A DNA stretch of 64,000 nucleotides from positions 138,724 to 202,723 of the forward strand of contig VKHO01000025.1 in assembly GCA_011125455.1 (NCBI GenBank), given 5' to 3'. The notes below the pieces were generated by a model. It saw only the letters and a list, made by a program, of their open reading frames with translations. It made no database searches and was not told the DNA's origin. How positions within the stretch are numbered: position 1 is the stretch's first letter; the number at the start of each line of letters is the position of its first letter. Made by a program: the position numbers and the translations under genes. Positions 38,122 to 48,688 of this stretch are shown here, piece after piece. Source of the DNA: Chlamydiales bacterium STE3. GTDB lineage: Bacteria; Chlamydiota; Chlamydiia; Chlamydiales; Parachlamydiaceae.

Positions 38122-39093
38122 TTAAAAATCTTCTGCAAGTGTGAATACATTATCTTCTTTGGAGGTCATCACGCCTGATTTTTGGTACTCAGAAACGCGT
38201 CTTTCGAAGAAGTTAGTTTTGCCTGTCAAGGAAATCATATCCATAAAGTCGAAAGGATTTGTGGCATTGTAAAGTTTGGGCGAACCTAAAGCCACAAGGA
38301 GCCTGTCAGCGACAAATTCAATGTATTGGCACATTAGGTCAGCGTTCATGCCAATGAGGCGAACAGGAAGCGCATCCCTAACAAATTCTTTTTCAATGGT
38401 TACAGCATCTGTAATAAGGGTTTGAAGCGTTTCAAGGGGAAGCTGATTCCTTAATTGAGAGTAAAGCAAGCAAGCGAAATCACAATGCAGACCTTCATCA
38501 CGGGAAATCAGCTCATTGGCAAAGCTAAGCCCTGGCATAAGGCCGCGTTTTTTGAGCCAGAAAATCGAACAGAAGCTGCCGGAGAAAAAGATTCCTTCAA
38601 CGGCTGCAAAAGCGACAAGTCTTTCGCTAAAGTTTCCCTGATCAATCCAGCGCAGGGCCCACTCTGCTTTTTTACTCACGCATGGTAGCGTTTCAAGGGC
38701 ATGAAAGAGATTATGTTTTTCTGCAGGGTCTTTGATGTAGCTGTCGATAAGTAGAGAGTAGGTTTCTGAGTGGATGTTTTCAATCATGATTTGAAAGCCG
38801 TAAAAGCAACGCGCTTCTGGATACTGTACTTCACGCATAAAGTTGACAGCGAGATTTTCGTTTACGATACCATCGCTTGCTGCAAAGAATGCGAGAACGT
38901 GTTTAATAAAATGTTTTTCATCCTCATTGAGTCTTCTGTCCCAATCTAGAAGATCTGAAGAAAGATCGATTTCTTCTGCTGTCCAAAAACTGGCTTCTGC
39001 TTTTTTATACATTTCCCATATTTCTCTATGGGTGATAGGGAAAAGAACAAAACGGTCTTTGTTTTCTTCCAAAATTGGTTCTTTTTGGGACAT
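38122..39093 (-). CDS. nrdB: Ribonucleoside-diphosphate reductase beta subunit
   Basis: [24 protein letters not shown] (radical Tyr present) and [17 protein letters not shown] ferritin-like motifs. Confidence 0.95.
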   Translation of the reverse strand: MSQKEPILEENKDRFVLFPITHREIWEMYKKAEASFWTAEEIDLSSDLLDWDRRLNEDEKHFIKHVLAFFAASDGIVNENLAVNFMREVQYPEARCFYGFQIMIENIHSETYSLLIDSYIKDPAEKHNLFHALETLPCVSKKAEWALRWIDQGNFSERLVAFAAVEGIFFSGSFCSIFWLKKRGLMPGLSFANELISRDEGLHCDFACLLYSQLRNQLPLETLQTLITDAVTIEKEFVRDALPVRLIGMNADLMCQYIEFVADRLLVALGSPKLYNATNPFDFMDMISLTGKTNFFERRVSEYQKSGVMTSKEDNVFTLAEDF

Positions 39094-39258
39094 AAGAACA
39101 AACTCCTTTTCAAATTAAACTTTTTATTAAAACTTAAGGTCACGCAGGGGCTTTGATCACTCATGAGGATGAAACTCAGAAGGCAGCAAAACTTCCCATA
39201 GATGCTAAATGGGCACCGTGAATATTAGCAATAAAAAAACCCCTCAAAAGAGCGAAAA

Positions 39259-39296
39259 ACACAACATCTTGTGTTGGTCTCTACCATCTATTGTAG
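39259..39296 (-). promoter_or_regulatory. Tandem NrdR-box-like palindromes upstream of nrdB-nrdA
   Basis: ACACAACATCTTGTGT (39259..39274) fits ACACwAtATaTwGTGT. A second, weaker palindrome CTACCATCTATTGTAG lies at 39281..39296. Confidence 0.5.
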
Positions 39297-39466
39297 CAAA
39301 CAGCTGTTATCTATACAATTTTAATGCAACAAGGTCAAGGCTTTTTGGGAGATAATTTGCGCAATTGAAAGTATCTTATTGGAAATGAAAGAGCTAAAAT
39401 CCAAAAAAAAAAATAAGCAATCAATTAGGGGATTAAGAGATTCTGTAAGCCGTAAAAATTATACAT

Positions 39467-40906
39467 TTAATGGCAATTTTCACAAGAGAAGAATCCGCCT
39501 CCTAGGGCTTTGTAAAGAGAGATGTAGTGGAAGAGAAGGTCAGCCTGCCCTTGAATAAAAGCCTCCTCAGTTTCGAGGTAAGAGCGTTCTAGTACAAGGA
39601 GTTCCAGGTAACTTTTAAAGCCGTTTTGATAGAGGTCTGCGGCCAAGATTTTGGCTTCTTCATTGGCCTCAAAAGCTAAAAGAAGTCGGTCGTTGCGCTC
39701 AATTTCCCAATGAAAGGCGGCCAAAGCATTTTCTGCTTCTTCTAAGGCATTAAGGACAGCTTTGTGGTATTCGTAGTAGGCTTCTTGGACTTTTAATTTT
39801 GTGTATTCGACATCGTATTTCAACATCTTACTGTTAAAAATAGGTGCAAGAAGCTGCGGGGCAAAAAACAAAGAGTAGCTTTGAGGTGAAAAAAGAGAGG
39901 GGAAGTGGGAATTAATATTTCCTACAAAACCCTTTAAAGAAAAAGAGGGGAATAGTGAAGCAATTGCACTTCCTACATATTCTGTTGCCGAGGCTAGCTT
40001 TCTCTCGGCTCTTCTAATATCAGGGCGTCTTCTTAACAAATCAGAAGGAACTCCGATAGGCTGGTGAAAGGGAACTAAAGGTAATGGCTGTTCTTGGCAC
40101 AGTTCTTCTGCGAGTGCTCCTGGGTGCTTTCCCAGAAGCTTGGAAAGACAGTGGATACTTTTTTCTATAGAGAGTTCAATTTGCGGTGCTCTTGCCTGCA
40201 AAAAATGAAGCTGCTCTTCTGTTTGGCGAAAATCAATTCTGCTCGATGACCCAATTCCTAGCAGCTGATTTGTTAAATGCACTGTCTCTTGCTGTGCTCG
40301 AATATGCTCGTGCAGAAGCCCTAAACGCTTTTGAGCTAAGCGTAATTCAATGTAATTGCGAGCTATTTCTGCCGAAAGAGTGACCCACACATCATAAAAG
40401 GTCTCCTCTGTTGCCTCTACCTTGGCGGCCAAAGCTTTTAATTCGTGCGCTGTTTTGCCAAATAGATCGATTTCCCAGTCGGCGTCAAACCCTAGTTCAA
40501 AAAAATTAAAATTACGTTGATGTTTAGAGCTGTCTAAAAACTTATTAAGCAAAGCTTTTTTATTGTGATAAAGATGCCCTCCTGTAAAAGAGGCATCGAC
40601 GTGGGGAAGGGCATCGGCCCCTTTTGCTTTGTGCTCAGCTCGCGCTTCAATAATGTGTAAAAGCGCTAAATGGAGGTCCAAATTTTGCTCGCTTGCCTGT
40701 GCGATAAGTGAAGTTAGAATGGGATCATTTAGCGCTTCCCACCAGTTAATGCTGTCGCTTGAAATAGAGCTGTCCATTCCAGCGGCTGGTTGTCGGCACC
40801 ATGTCCTGGGCATTTCTACTTCCGGTGGAAAATATTTGGGGCCAACACAGCAGCTTGCCAAAAGTAAAGAAAAGCAAAAAAACTTAAAAAAATATAAATT
40901 TTTCAT
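39467..40906 (-). CDS. Outer-membrane efflux lipoprotein, TolC/NodT family
   Basis: Lipobox LLASC and two OEP repeats. Confidence 0.8.
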   Translation of the reverse strand: MKNLYFFKFFCFSLLLASCCVGPKYFPPEVEMPRTWCRQPAAGMDSSISSDSINWWEALNDPILTSLIAQASEQNLDLHLALLHIIEARAEHKAKGADALPHVDASFTGGHLYHNKKALLNKFLDSSKHQRNFNFFELGFDADWEIDLFGKTAHELKALAAKVEATEETFYDVWVTLSAEIARNYIELRLAQKRLGLLHEHIRAQQETVHLTNQLLGIGSSSRIDFRQTEEQLHFLQARAPQIELSIEKSIHCLSKLLGKHPGALAEELCQEQPLPLVPFHQPIGVPSDLLRRRPDIRRAERKLASATEYVGSAIASLFPSFSLKGFVGNINSHFPSLFSPQSYSLFFAPQLLAPIFNSKMLKYDVEYTKLKVQEAYYEYHKAVLNALEEAENALAAFHWEIERNDRLLLAFEANEEAKILAADLYQNGFKSYLELLVLERSYLETEEAFIQGQADLLFHYISLYKALGGGFFSCENCH

Positions 40907-40909
40907 TTT

Positions 40910-41974
40910 TTATGGAGCTATTTCATCCTTTATGAACACATCCATTTGCTGCCCCACAAAAACTTCTCGAGGATTATTTTTGAAGCGGTAGGTCACTTTT
41001 AGAACACGGGTATCTACGCGTTCTTGAATGTCGTTGGTAAGGTTCTGTTTATTCACAAGATAAGGATCAAGTCTGACAAATTCTAGCTCGAAAGCCTGCT
41101 TGGGATCACCTTGTAAAAAAGCTACGGCAGGGGCATCATGTCGAAAGTAGGGAGCATTATATTGGTTGATGCTAACCTCTAAATGCTTCTCGTCCGTATT
41201 ACCGACAATCATAATGGGTGTTTTTGATGTGTCAAGGGGAGGGAATTCTCCTCCATGAATTTTGACCTGCAAGACTTTGCCATCGATAGGTGAGCGAATG
41301 ATCGTACGCTCAATTTCCGTTCGTATTTTCTGAGTCTCGGCTCGTGCTTGAAGAACTTCAAGTTTAGCAATTTCTAGATCTGGCTGCCACGTGCCCCCCT
41401 CTATCTTGCTCAAGTTCGCCTTAGCTTGCTGGTACTTCGCTTCGGCTTGTTCAAAATGAAAACGTCGGCGATTGATTTCTTCCTGGCTTAAGGCTCGTGG
41501 ATCTTGGAGTTCTTGAATTCTATCGTACTGACTTTTAGCCTGAAGATAATCCACTTCGCTAGCTTTGACGACTGCTGTGCTAGAAGCGATGTCTTCTTTT
41601 CGTGGCAGAGCTTGCAGGCGTTCAAGCTTGGCGACCGTGATTTCATAAGCCGCTTGCTTGGCTACTAGTTCCGCTTCAAGATCCCTTGCCTCTAATTGAA
41701 GTAAGATATCGCCTTTTTTCACTTTTGTGCCGACATGGACCAAAACCTTTTCGATAATGCGATTCAAAGGTGTTCCAATAAAAATATTTTCACTACCGGC
41801 CTCAACAAGTCCCACTCCTGAAATGTATGTTTTGTAAGGAGCTATTGGGTGGAGCGCTTGAAGTGAAGTGGGGCTTGGGGTGCCCGGCTCTCTCCATTTA
41901 TAAACGGCAATAAAAAAGAAGGAGAGAACCGCTAAAGCTAAAATAACGTAAAAATGGATTCTATTCATTGTCAC
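40910..41974 (-). CDS. HlyD/MacA-family periplasmic adaptor (membrane fusion protein)
   Basis: N-terminal TM, biotinyl/lipoyl-like region (GDILLQLEARDLEAEL), coiled-coil hairpin and beta-barrel domain. Confidence 0.8.
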   Translation of the reverse strand: MTMNRIHFYVILALAVLSFFFIAVYKWREPGTPSPTSLQALHPIAPYKTYISGVGLVEAGSENIFIGTPLNRIIEKVLVHVGTKVKKGDILLQLEARDLEAELVAKQAAYEITVAKLERLQALPRKEDIASSTAVVKASEVDYLQAKSQYDRIQELQDPRALSQEEINRRRFHFEQAEAKYQQAKANLSKIEGGTWQPDLEIAKLEVLQARAETQKIRTEIERTIIRSPIDGKVLQVKIHGGEFPPLDTSKTPIMIVGNTDEKHLEVSINQYNAPYFRHDAPAVAFLQGDPKQAFELEFVRLDPYLVNKQNLTNDIQERVDTRVLKVTYRFKNNPREVFVGQQMDVFIKDEIAP

Positions 41975-42653
41975 TCACTGAAATAATCTGGCCATCATTC
42001 ATTTTTATAATGCGATCAGCAAATGGCAAAAGGCGTAAATCATGTGTGATAACGAGAACGGTTCTTGATGAACTCTCCGCAAGTTCGCGAAGGAGTGTCA
42101 TCACCTCGGTTCCTGTTGCTTGATCTAAAGAACTGGTCGGTTCATCACAAAGAATAATTTGTGAATCATTAATCATCGCCCTAGCTATAGCTACCCTTTG
42201 TTGCTGCCCTTTAGAAAGGGTTAGGGGAGAAGCGTGAGCGCGTTTATCGATGTGCAAAGCTTTTAGCAACGCCAATGCTTTGCTTAAGGCAATCGCTTCC
42301 TCTTTTCCAGCGACAATGAGAGGAAGGGCGACGTTTTCAAGAACCGTTAGCGTTGGGATGAGAAAAAACGATTGAAAGACAATCCCTAAAAAATCTCTTC
42401 TAAATAATGTTTTTTCATTTTCCGTCATTTTGCTGACTTCATGATCGAGTAAAAAAAGTTTCCCGGCATCGGAAGTTAAGATTGTTGCGATAATAGAAAG
42501 CAATGTCGTTTTCCCAGACCCTGATGGGCCAACGAGGAGTGTCAGTTGATTTCTGTAGATTTCGAGATCAACATTGCGAAGCGCCATGATGCCATTTTCA
42601 TCATTGCCATAGCTTTTCCTTAATCCTTCACAGCGAATCGCCACTTTGTTCAT
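41961..42653 (-). CDS. ABC transporter ATP-binding protein (MacB/LolD-like)
   Basis: Walker A GPSGSGKTT, signature LSKGQQQRVAIARA, Walker B ILCDEPTSSLD. Confidence 0.9.
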   Translation of the reverse strand: MNKVAIRCEGLRKSYGNDENGIMALRNVDLEIYRNQLTLLVGPSGSGKTTLLSIIATILTSDAGKLFLLDHEVSKMTENEKTLFRRDFLGIVFQSFFLIPTLTVLENVALPLIVAGKEEAIALSKALALLKALHIDKRAHASPLTLSKGQQQRVAIARAMINDSQIILCDEPTSSLDQATGTEVMTLLRELAESSSRTVLVITHDLRLLPFADRIIKMNDGQIISVSDNE

Positions 42654-42654
42654 T

Positions 42655-43806
42655 TTAAGTTCCCATCAATGCTTTTGGATCTACATGGAAAACTTTTCGA
42701 ATGCTTAATGCAGCAGCAGAAACGCAAATACCCAAAATAATTACCCCTGTAAAAAATAAAAGTTGCCATGGAAGAAGGAATGCGAGTGTTGTTCCTTCTG
42801 TGGCAATGCCCCATAAAAACGTCGTTCCGATGCCGAGCAAAAACCCTAATACCCCGACAACAAAGGCTTGCAGGGCGATCATGTGGAGAATCATTTTTTG
42901 GGTTCCACCCACGGATTTAATTAATGCATAATACATTAAGTTATCAAGTGTCATGTTATAAAAAATTTGGCCCGCAATAGAAAAGCCGATAATAATGCCT
43001 AATGCTACAGAAAGGCCGAAGTTGATTAAAATGCCAGTGCGTAAAAATGACTCAACGATACGCCATTTAAATTGGTCTTGTGTGAGAGCGTTAAGCCCGG
43101 GATGAGCGTTGATATCCTTAATAACTTGGTTTACGTCGGAGCTAGAGGTACTTTTGACAGCAATAAAAGAGAGGGGATTAGAGGAAAAAGAGGTAAAACT
43201 CAAGAATTCCTGATGCCCTGTGAAAAAAATAGGCTGTGGGTAAAACCCTGGGGTGATTTTACATATGCCGACGATGATGGCTCGACGCTCGTTGATTTCC
43301 AACTCATCCCCTATTTTTAAAGGGATGGTTGTTCCATCGTCTAAAGTTTTAGCGAGGAGGTTTTTCGCTGCATAAGCGTCGACAATAATTCCTCCTTCGC
43401 GTCTTAGGTCCCTAATATCCCCTTCAATCATCTCTTGAGGGGCTCCAATAAGAGTTGCATCATCGATACCGTATATCTTGCATATATCAAAAATTGTGCC
43501 GTTGGAAACAACTGGGACACTGGCTACACTGATCGGAACTGCCCACTCCACATTTGGAACACTTCTCACAATATCTAAGTAAGCGTGTGGCATGCCTCTA
43601 ATCTTATCCTCGCTATCTGTTGCAGGGTCCATTACCCAGACATTAGGTGACGGAATATCGGTGACCATGCGGTAAGAGCGGGAAACAAGGCCCAAAAAAA
43701 TAGCCGACTGCTGGGAAATCAGAAGTGTCGCCAGAAAAATCCCGAAAATTACCCCGAGAAAGGCGCCTCTATTGCCAATAAGCATTTTAAGAGCATAATT
43801 AAGCAT
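42655..43806 (-). CDS. ABC transporter permease, FtsX/MacB family
   Basis: N-terminal TM, large periplasmic domain and a C-terminal FtsX 3-TM bundle. Confidence 0.8.
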   Translation of the reverse strand: MLNYALKMLIGNRGAFLGVIFGIFLATLLISQQSAIFLGLVSRSYRMVTDIPSPNVWVMDPATDSEDKIRGMPHAYLDIVRSVPNVEWAVPISVASVPVVSNGTIFDICKIYGIDDATLIGAPQEMIEGDIRDLRREGGIIVDAYAAKNLLAKTLDDGTTIPLKIGDELEINERRAIIVGICKITPGFYPQPIFFTGHQEFLSFTSFSSNPLSFIAVKSTSSSDVNQVIKDINAHPGLNALTQDQFKWRIVESFLRTGILINFGLSVALGIIIGFSIAGQIFYNMTLDNLMYYALIKSVGGTQKMILHMIALQAFVVGVLGFLLGIGTTFLWGIATEGTTLAFLLPWQLLFFTGVIILGICVSAAALSIRKVFHVDPKALMGT

Positions 43807-44048
43807 GGAGTGGTTATCCTCTAAAAAATTTGCAATCTATCAAAGATGGGCGCGATTGCCAAATTTTTTTTTCAGCTTGCCTCTACATGCTAGTAATAAA
43901 AAATAAATTTTTTTTTAACTAACTAGCTTCGTTTGCAATAGAGAAGAATTAGAAAAATGTTTTTGATCTAATTAAATTAAAAAATTAGAGAAATGAAGTA
44001 TGAAAAAAAAGACTGACTTTGCCTTTGAAAACAAAGTCAGTCTAAAAA

Positions 44049-44381
44049 TTAGGGGCTTTCGGAGAAAGGGCAATTTCTGCCATAGCAACCGCCTTCTCTT
44101 TCGTAAGGATGGCCATTAGGGCAAGTGCCATAGATCCGCACACTGTATTGTCCATCATTCTGTAGGTGTAATTCTTGGATTTTTGCAAGAGAGTTATCTA
44201 TAACCGCATAGAGTTCTCCTTCATGGATGACAACCTTGCTTGGGGGGATAAAGATGAAATCTGGAACCCCGTGAAAAGCCTGGGTTTCTATTTCTGGCAA
44301 GTCGATAGTTGCGAAGCTAAGCGAAGAGAGAGAAACGAATAGTGGTAAGAAGAACAATGCAATTTTTTGTAGTCTTGACAT
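44049..44381 (-). CDS. Small secreted Cys-containing protein
   Basis: Likely start at MSRLQKIALFFLPLFVSLSSLSFA, a signal peptide. C-terminal GTCPNGHPYEREGGCYGRNCP. Confidence 0.4.
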   Translation of the reverse strand: MSRLQKIALFFLPLFVSLSSLSFATIDLPEIETQAFHGVPDFIFIPPSKVVIHEGELYAVIDNSLAKIQELHLQNDGQYSVRIYGTCPNGHPYEREGGCYGRNCPFSESP

Positions 44382-45071
44382 AAGAAACTCCTTATTTGCA
44401 ATTTTTGCTTGTCTTATTAGGACGAATTTCATGCAAATATGAACCGCCAAGAAAAATTGTTCAATAAAAAAATTTAATCAAATTAAAAATTTTTTTCTTC
44501 TGAAATAGGGTATTAGTTTAATTTAGATAAAAATTGGCTGAAGCCTCATATTTACCCTCAAAGCTCTTTGTACAATTATCGCTATAGATTAAGATAAAAA
44601 AAATGATGAGGGATCGATAAGAAGGATGAAAGAAGTAGTTCTATCGTCTTAATCTCATGTTTGGTTGATATGAAAGCTTTAGACATAGATTGCCGGCAGT
44701 GCCTATTTCATAAGTTCTTGCAAGCCTAGAGACAAAGCTGCTATCAAAACCTCTTTTTGCACCCGGTTATCTCTTTATTTTTTTGTCTTAGATGGTAAAG
44801 ACAACCTATTTAGCAAGTCGTTTCCATTTTAATAGCCTTTGATCAGGAAGGGCGTAAGAAAGCTGATCAACCGCAAAACGGGGCCCTTTTAGAAGGCTGT
44901 TCTTCTTTTTATTTAGTTTGCTGTGCTAACAATCTCTTTGAAAGTTCAAAAATTTGATATCAACTTAAAAAACTCATCTTTTTTGCTTCGTAATTAATGA
45001 TGATCTTGTTTCATTTTTGTCTTTATGATGGCATTTTGTGATAAAGGATTAAGGACGTTTGAGAGGGTAAT

Positions 45072-45362
45072 ATGTTATTAAAATCTGCTACTAAAATTTT
45101 AAAAGAACATCAAAAAGAGCTAACAGATCAAGGAGTTCGTTCACTCGGAATTTTTGGATCGCTCGCAAGAAATGAAAATACAGCTAAGAGCGATGTAGAT
45201 ATTCTGATTGATTTTGACTCTAAAAGAGGATTATTTGCTTTTGTGGATCTAAAAACTTATTTGGAAAGTATTCTTGATTGCGAAGTAGATTTAGTAACTA
45301 GAAATGCACTACATCCTGCTTTAAAACCTAAAATTTTACGTGAAGCAAAATATGTCTTCTAG
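45072..45362 (+). CDS. MNT-type nucleotidyltransferase antitoxin (HepT/MNT system)
   Basis: GIFGSLARNENTAKSDVDILIDF minimal nucleotidyltransferase motif. 96 aa. Confidence 0.8.
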   Translation: MLLKSATKILKEHQKELTDQGVRSLGIFGSLARNENTAKSDVDILIDFDSKRGLFAFVDLKTYLESILDCEVDLVTRNALHPALKPKILREAKYVF

Positions 45363-45696
45363 GGATTGGCGTTTTCGCATTCAAGATATTTTGAAAGCCA
45401 TTCAAAAGATAGAAGCATATATTGAAGGTATGACAGCTAGCCAATTCAAGAAAAATGAGCTTGTGATAGATGTAGTGGTTAGGAATTTGGAAATCATTGG
45501 TGAAGCAAGCAAAAATATCGCTCCAGCTATCCGACGCCTTCATCCTGATATTCCACGGGATCAAATGAACGGAATGAGCAATATTTTGATCCACAAATAT
45601 TCTGGGGTTGATGTTCCCACTGTGTGGCATACTGCAAAGACTCATTTACATTCTCTCAAAAAGAAATTAGAATCCATTTTGCTTGAGAAATCATAA
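45340..45696 (+). CDS. HepT (DUF86) toxin-family protein
   Basis: DUF86-like W..R..DIL.AI..I and RNLEIIGEA. The active-site region reads SNILIHKY (Sx4HxY). Overlaps the MNT gene. Confidence 0.7.
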   Translation: MKQNMSSRDWRFRIQDILKAIQKIEAYIEGMTASQFKKNELVIDVVVRNLEIIGEASKNIAPAIRRLHPDIPRDQMNGMSNILIHKYSGVDVPTVWHTAKTHLHSLKKKLESILLEKS

Positions 45697-45908
45697 TACC
45701 CTCCACAAATCCTCCGCTTGATCTCCAATCGCCAGGCAAGGAAGAGCCAATGTAGTTAGAGTGTTTTCTCAACTTAGTCAAAATAAAAAATATATGACTA
45801 CTCAGACTCTATTTCAAGGGCTCTATTCATCATCAATGTAATTACAAATTATAATTTACAAAAAGATTCAAAAGTAGGTAAGCTTTTATTTTCACAAAGA
45901 GGTACTTT

Positions 45909-47741
45909 ATGTCCCCTTTCTCTTTCCTCTTCTTTTTCACAAATTTACTTTTAATATCTACTCAAGTATTAGCCTCAATGTCATCTAAGCCAATGGACTA
46001 TGAGGATATTGTCACTCTAGAAAAACCTAGAGAAGTAGCTGTTTCTATTGATGGCAGGGTTGCTTTTGTTGTTCAAACCGTTAATATTGATAAAAATTGT
46101 AACAAGGACATCGTATATCTTTGCTGTCCCGAGAATAACACTCAGCAGAAACTTTGGGAATTGGATAAAGTTGAAAAACTCTTTTGGGGTAAGGGGATTC
46201 TTTATGCTTTAGTAAAAAAAGATGAAAGTTATCAGATTCTTTCCTTAACAAAGGACGCGACATCAATTCTTCTTTCAACCTCATTACGTATCGATGCTTT
46301 TGTGATAGACTCATTAAGATCTCGAATATACTACACCCAAACTAAATATACGCCTCAAACAATTGTACAAAATTCAAAAGAGGAAGGATACGTCTACCGC
46401 TGGGGTTCTGACTATAGCCTAATGATTTTTGGTGATCGCCAATATGCACATCGCGAATGGGAAGAAATTTGGTGCTTAGATATAGGTACAGAAAAGCCCT
46501 ATCTCGTAACTGCTTTGTCGTATAAAGATTGGTGCTTTGATGACTCATTAATCACGGATTTACGCATCTCTGAAGATGGAAATTTTCTTGCGATCCTTGC
46601 AAATAGGACGGGCCACCCAGAATTGGGAGAATCTATAGGTTGTCATGAGATCTGGTTATGGAATCGGAATCAAAGGACTCTTGATAAAATTCAATCTAAT
46701 GCTAAGAGCTTAGAGGATTTTTTGGTAAATAACAAAAATTTAGTCTTTCAAAAGGTTGATCAGAATACTCATATCTCAGGGTATGTTTTAGAAGATGTAA
46801 ATACTCCCCCGCAAGTTGTCATTTGTGATAGAGATAAAGGAATTTCTTTTCAACTTACTTCGTTAAATTCCAAATTAAACCAAATATCTCGCGGGCACGT
46901 GGAACCGATGACAATCACTAAAAATGATCAACTTTCGGTAAAAGGGTATCTTATTCACCCTGTTAATAAAGAGAAAGAAAAGCGTTATCCCTTAATCATT
47001 GCAACCTATGGATTTAGAGGTAAGACTTTTATTGCTGATGCCGAATGGCATTCTTCTTTTCCGGCACAGGTGCTTGCTAATGAAGGTTATTATGTTTTAT
47101 TACTCAATCACTGTGGCTTGGCTCAAAAATTAGTGGGTGATTCTCAAAGGGCAAGACAAATTGAGGGATGGAATGTCCTCGAAATTTTTGAGCATGCAGT
47201 TGACATGTTAGATAAGCAAGGACTGATCAACCCCGATCAAGTAGGGATTTATGGCTGGAGCCATGGAGCTTTCATGGTAGAATTTATCATCTCTCATTCT
47301 AATAAATTTCATGTTGCTTGTATAGGAGAAGGTGCTGATTACGGCCCGAGTGTCTTTTTCCTGTCAGGAGCACCCTACATGACTAAAATTTGTGATAATA
47401 TTTATGGAGGACCTCCTTGGGGAGACAATTTAAAAAACTATATTGATTTTTCAACTTTGTTCAATATTGAACACATACGAACGCCCCTTCTCATGGAATA
47501 TGCTGGAGGATTTGGAGCGGTTGGGGGTATGGAGATATATGTACCTTTGCGCTATTTAAATATTCCCGCTGAACTCATTGTTTATGAAGGTGAGGAGCAT
47601 AATTTTGTCAAACCCAAAGCCCGTATGGCTTCCATGGCTCGAAAAGTAGAGTGGTTTAATTACTGGCTTCTTAATAGAAGTAATCCAGAAAAAACAGAGC
47701 AAAATGCTCGTTGGGAAAAAATGAAAATGGAACGGTCATAA
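45909..47741 (+). CDS. S9-family serine peptidase (prolyl oligopeptidase/DAP-like), secreted
   Basis: Signal peptide and N-terminal beta-propeller-like region. C-terminal alpha/beta hydrolase with GWSHGAF (GxSxG) plus downstream Asp and His. Confidence 0.75.
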   Translation: MSPFSFLFFFTNLLLISTQVLASMSSKPMDYEDIVTLEKPREVAVSIDGRVAFVVQTVNIDKNCNKDIVYLCCPENNTQQKLWELDKVEKLFWGKGILYALVKKDESYQILSLTKDATSILLSTSLRIDAFVIDSLRSRIYYTQTKYTPQTIVQNSKEEGYVYRWGSDYSLMIFGDRQYAHREWEEIWCLDIGTEKPYLVTALSYKDWCFDDSLITDLRISEDGNFLAILANRTGHPELGESIGCHEIWLWNRNQRTLDKIQSNAKSLEDFLVNNKNLVFQKVDQNTHISGYVLEDVNTPPQVVICDRDKGISFQLTSLNSKLNQISRGHVEPMTITKNDQLSVKGYLIHPVNKEKEKRYPLIIATYGFRGKTFIADAEWHSSFPAQVLANEGYYVLLLNHCGLAQKLVGDSQRARQIEGWNVLEIFEHAVDMLDKQGLINPDQVGIYGWSHGAFMVEFIISHSNKFHVACIGEGADYGPSVFFLSGAPYMTKICDNIYGGPPWGDNLKNYIDFSTLFNIEHIRTPLLMEYAGGFGAVGGMEIYVPLRYLNIPAELIVYEGEEHNFVKPKARMASMARKVEWFNYWLLNRSNPEKTEQNARWEKMKMERS

Positions 47742-47895
47742 AAGGAGTTTTGACATGTAAGGAAAAGAGCTCCATTCATTTTGTTTTTCTGATAGCTCTT
47801 TCAAATTTCTTTGTTTGTTGTACCCAAGAAGATCTTAATATTTTATAGCTAAGCTTTGAAATAATCGTTCGGAAGAAGAAATAATGGAGTAATAC

Positions 47896-48640
47896 TTGAT
47901 ACTCCAAATGATTCATCAGGATTATCAGCACATTCCATTCACGCCGAATTTCATTCAACAATTTCGCGGGGAAATGTATAAATTTATTTCAGTTCGGGCT
48001 GAAAAATGGAAAACTTCTGACGATACAATTGAAGAATTATCCATCAGATTTCCGCCAGTAGCTGCTTATCTAACTTCTCAGGCTATGGAGAACTTACACC
48101 GAGAATTTGAGCAGGCTGTTGAAAAAGGAAGAGTCGATCCATTACTTTTGTTTGCATCCTACATTCTTGATTTTCTTTGCATTCATCTGTTCATCGCTGG
48201 TAATGGAAGAATGGCTAGATTGCTCACTTTATATTTGCTTTATGATTTTGGCTACGAAGTTGGTCGATCAGTTTGGAAAAAATAATTGAGAGAATAAAGA
48301 GTCTTATAATGGCAGCCTTCTGAGATCTTCGAAAGATTGGCGTGGAGGTAAGCACTCTTTACAACCTTGGTGGGAGTATTTTTTAGGGGTATTACGGCAT
48401 GCACATCGCTTATTTGAAAAGCGAGTTGGCCTAATAGCTGAAACACGTGGATCCAGAACCAAGGGAGTTTTGGGTATTTTGGAACATTTTCAAGGAGAGT
48501 GTTCACGTCAAGAACTTCAATAGCTTTGTCCACCCGTTGGAGTAGACTTAATTCGCCGCCTTCTCAGTGAAGAGAAAAATACTGACCAACTTGAAAGTCC
48601 TGGAAGAGGATCATTTGCGAAATGAAAAATTTCACAAATA
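47896..48640 (+). pseudogene. Fic/Doc-family (Fido) gene disrupted by a frameshift and an in-frame stop
   Basis: The first ORF ends with the Fic motif HLFIAGNGRMARLL. Near 48285 the reading continues in another frame as ENKESYNGSLLRSS...WWEYFLGVL, and an in-frame TAG falls in ...SRQELQ*LCPPVGVDLIRRLL. Confidence 0.6.
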
Positions 48641-48688
48641 AAAATTTTTAAAAACTGCATTGAAAAACATTTTTTAATGTCAGTAGAA

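Noticed and set aside
38122-39093. Class Ic (Phe-radical, Mn/Fe) ribonucleotide reductase R2 as in some Chlamydia
   Set aside because: The radical-site residue is Tyr ([12 protein letters not shown]) and the first metal ligand is Asp (FAASDG), so this is a conventional class Ia-type R2.
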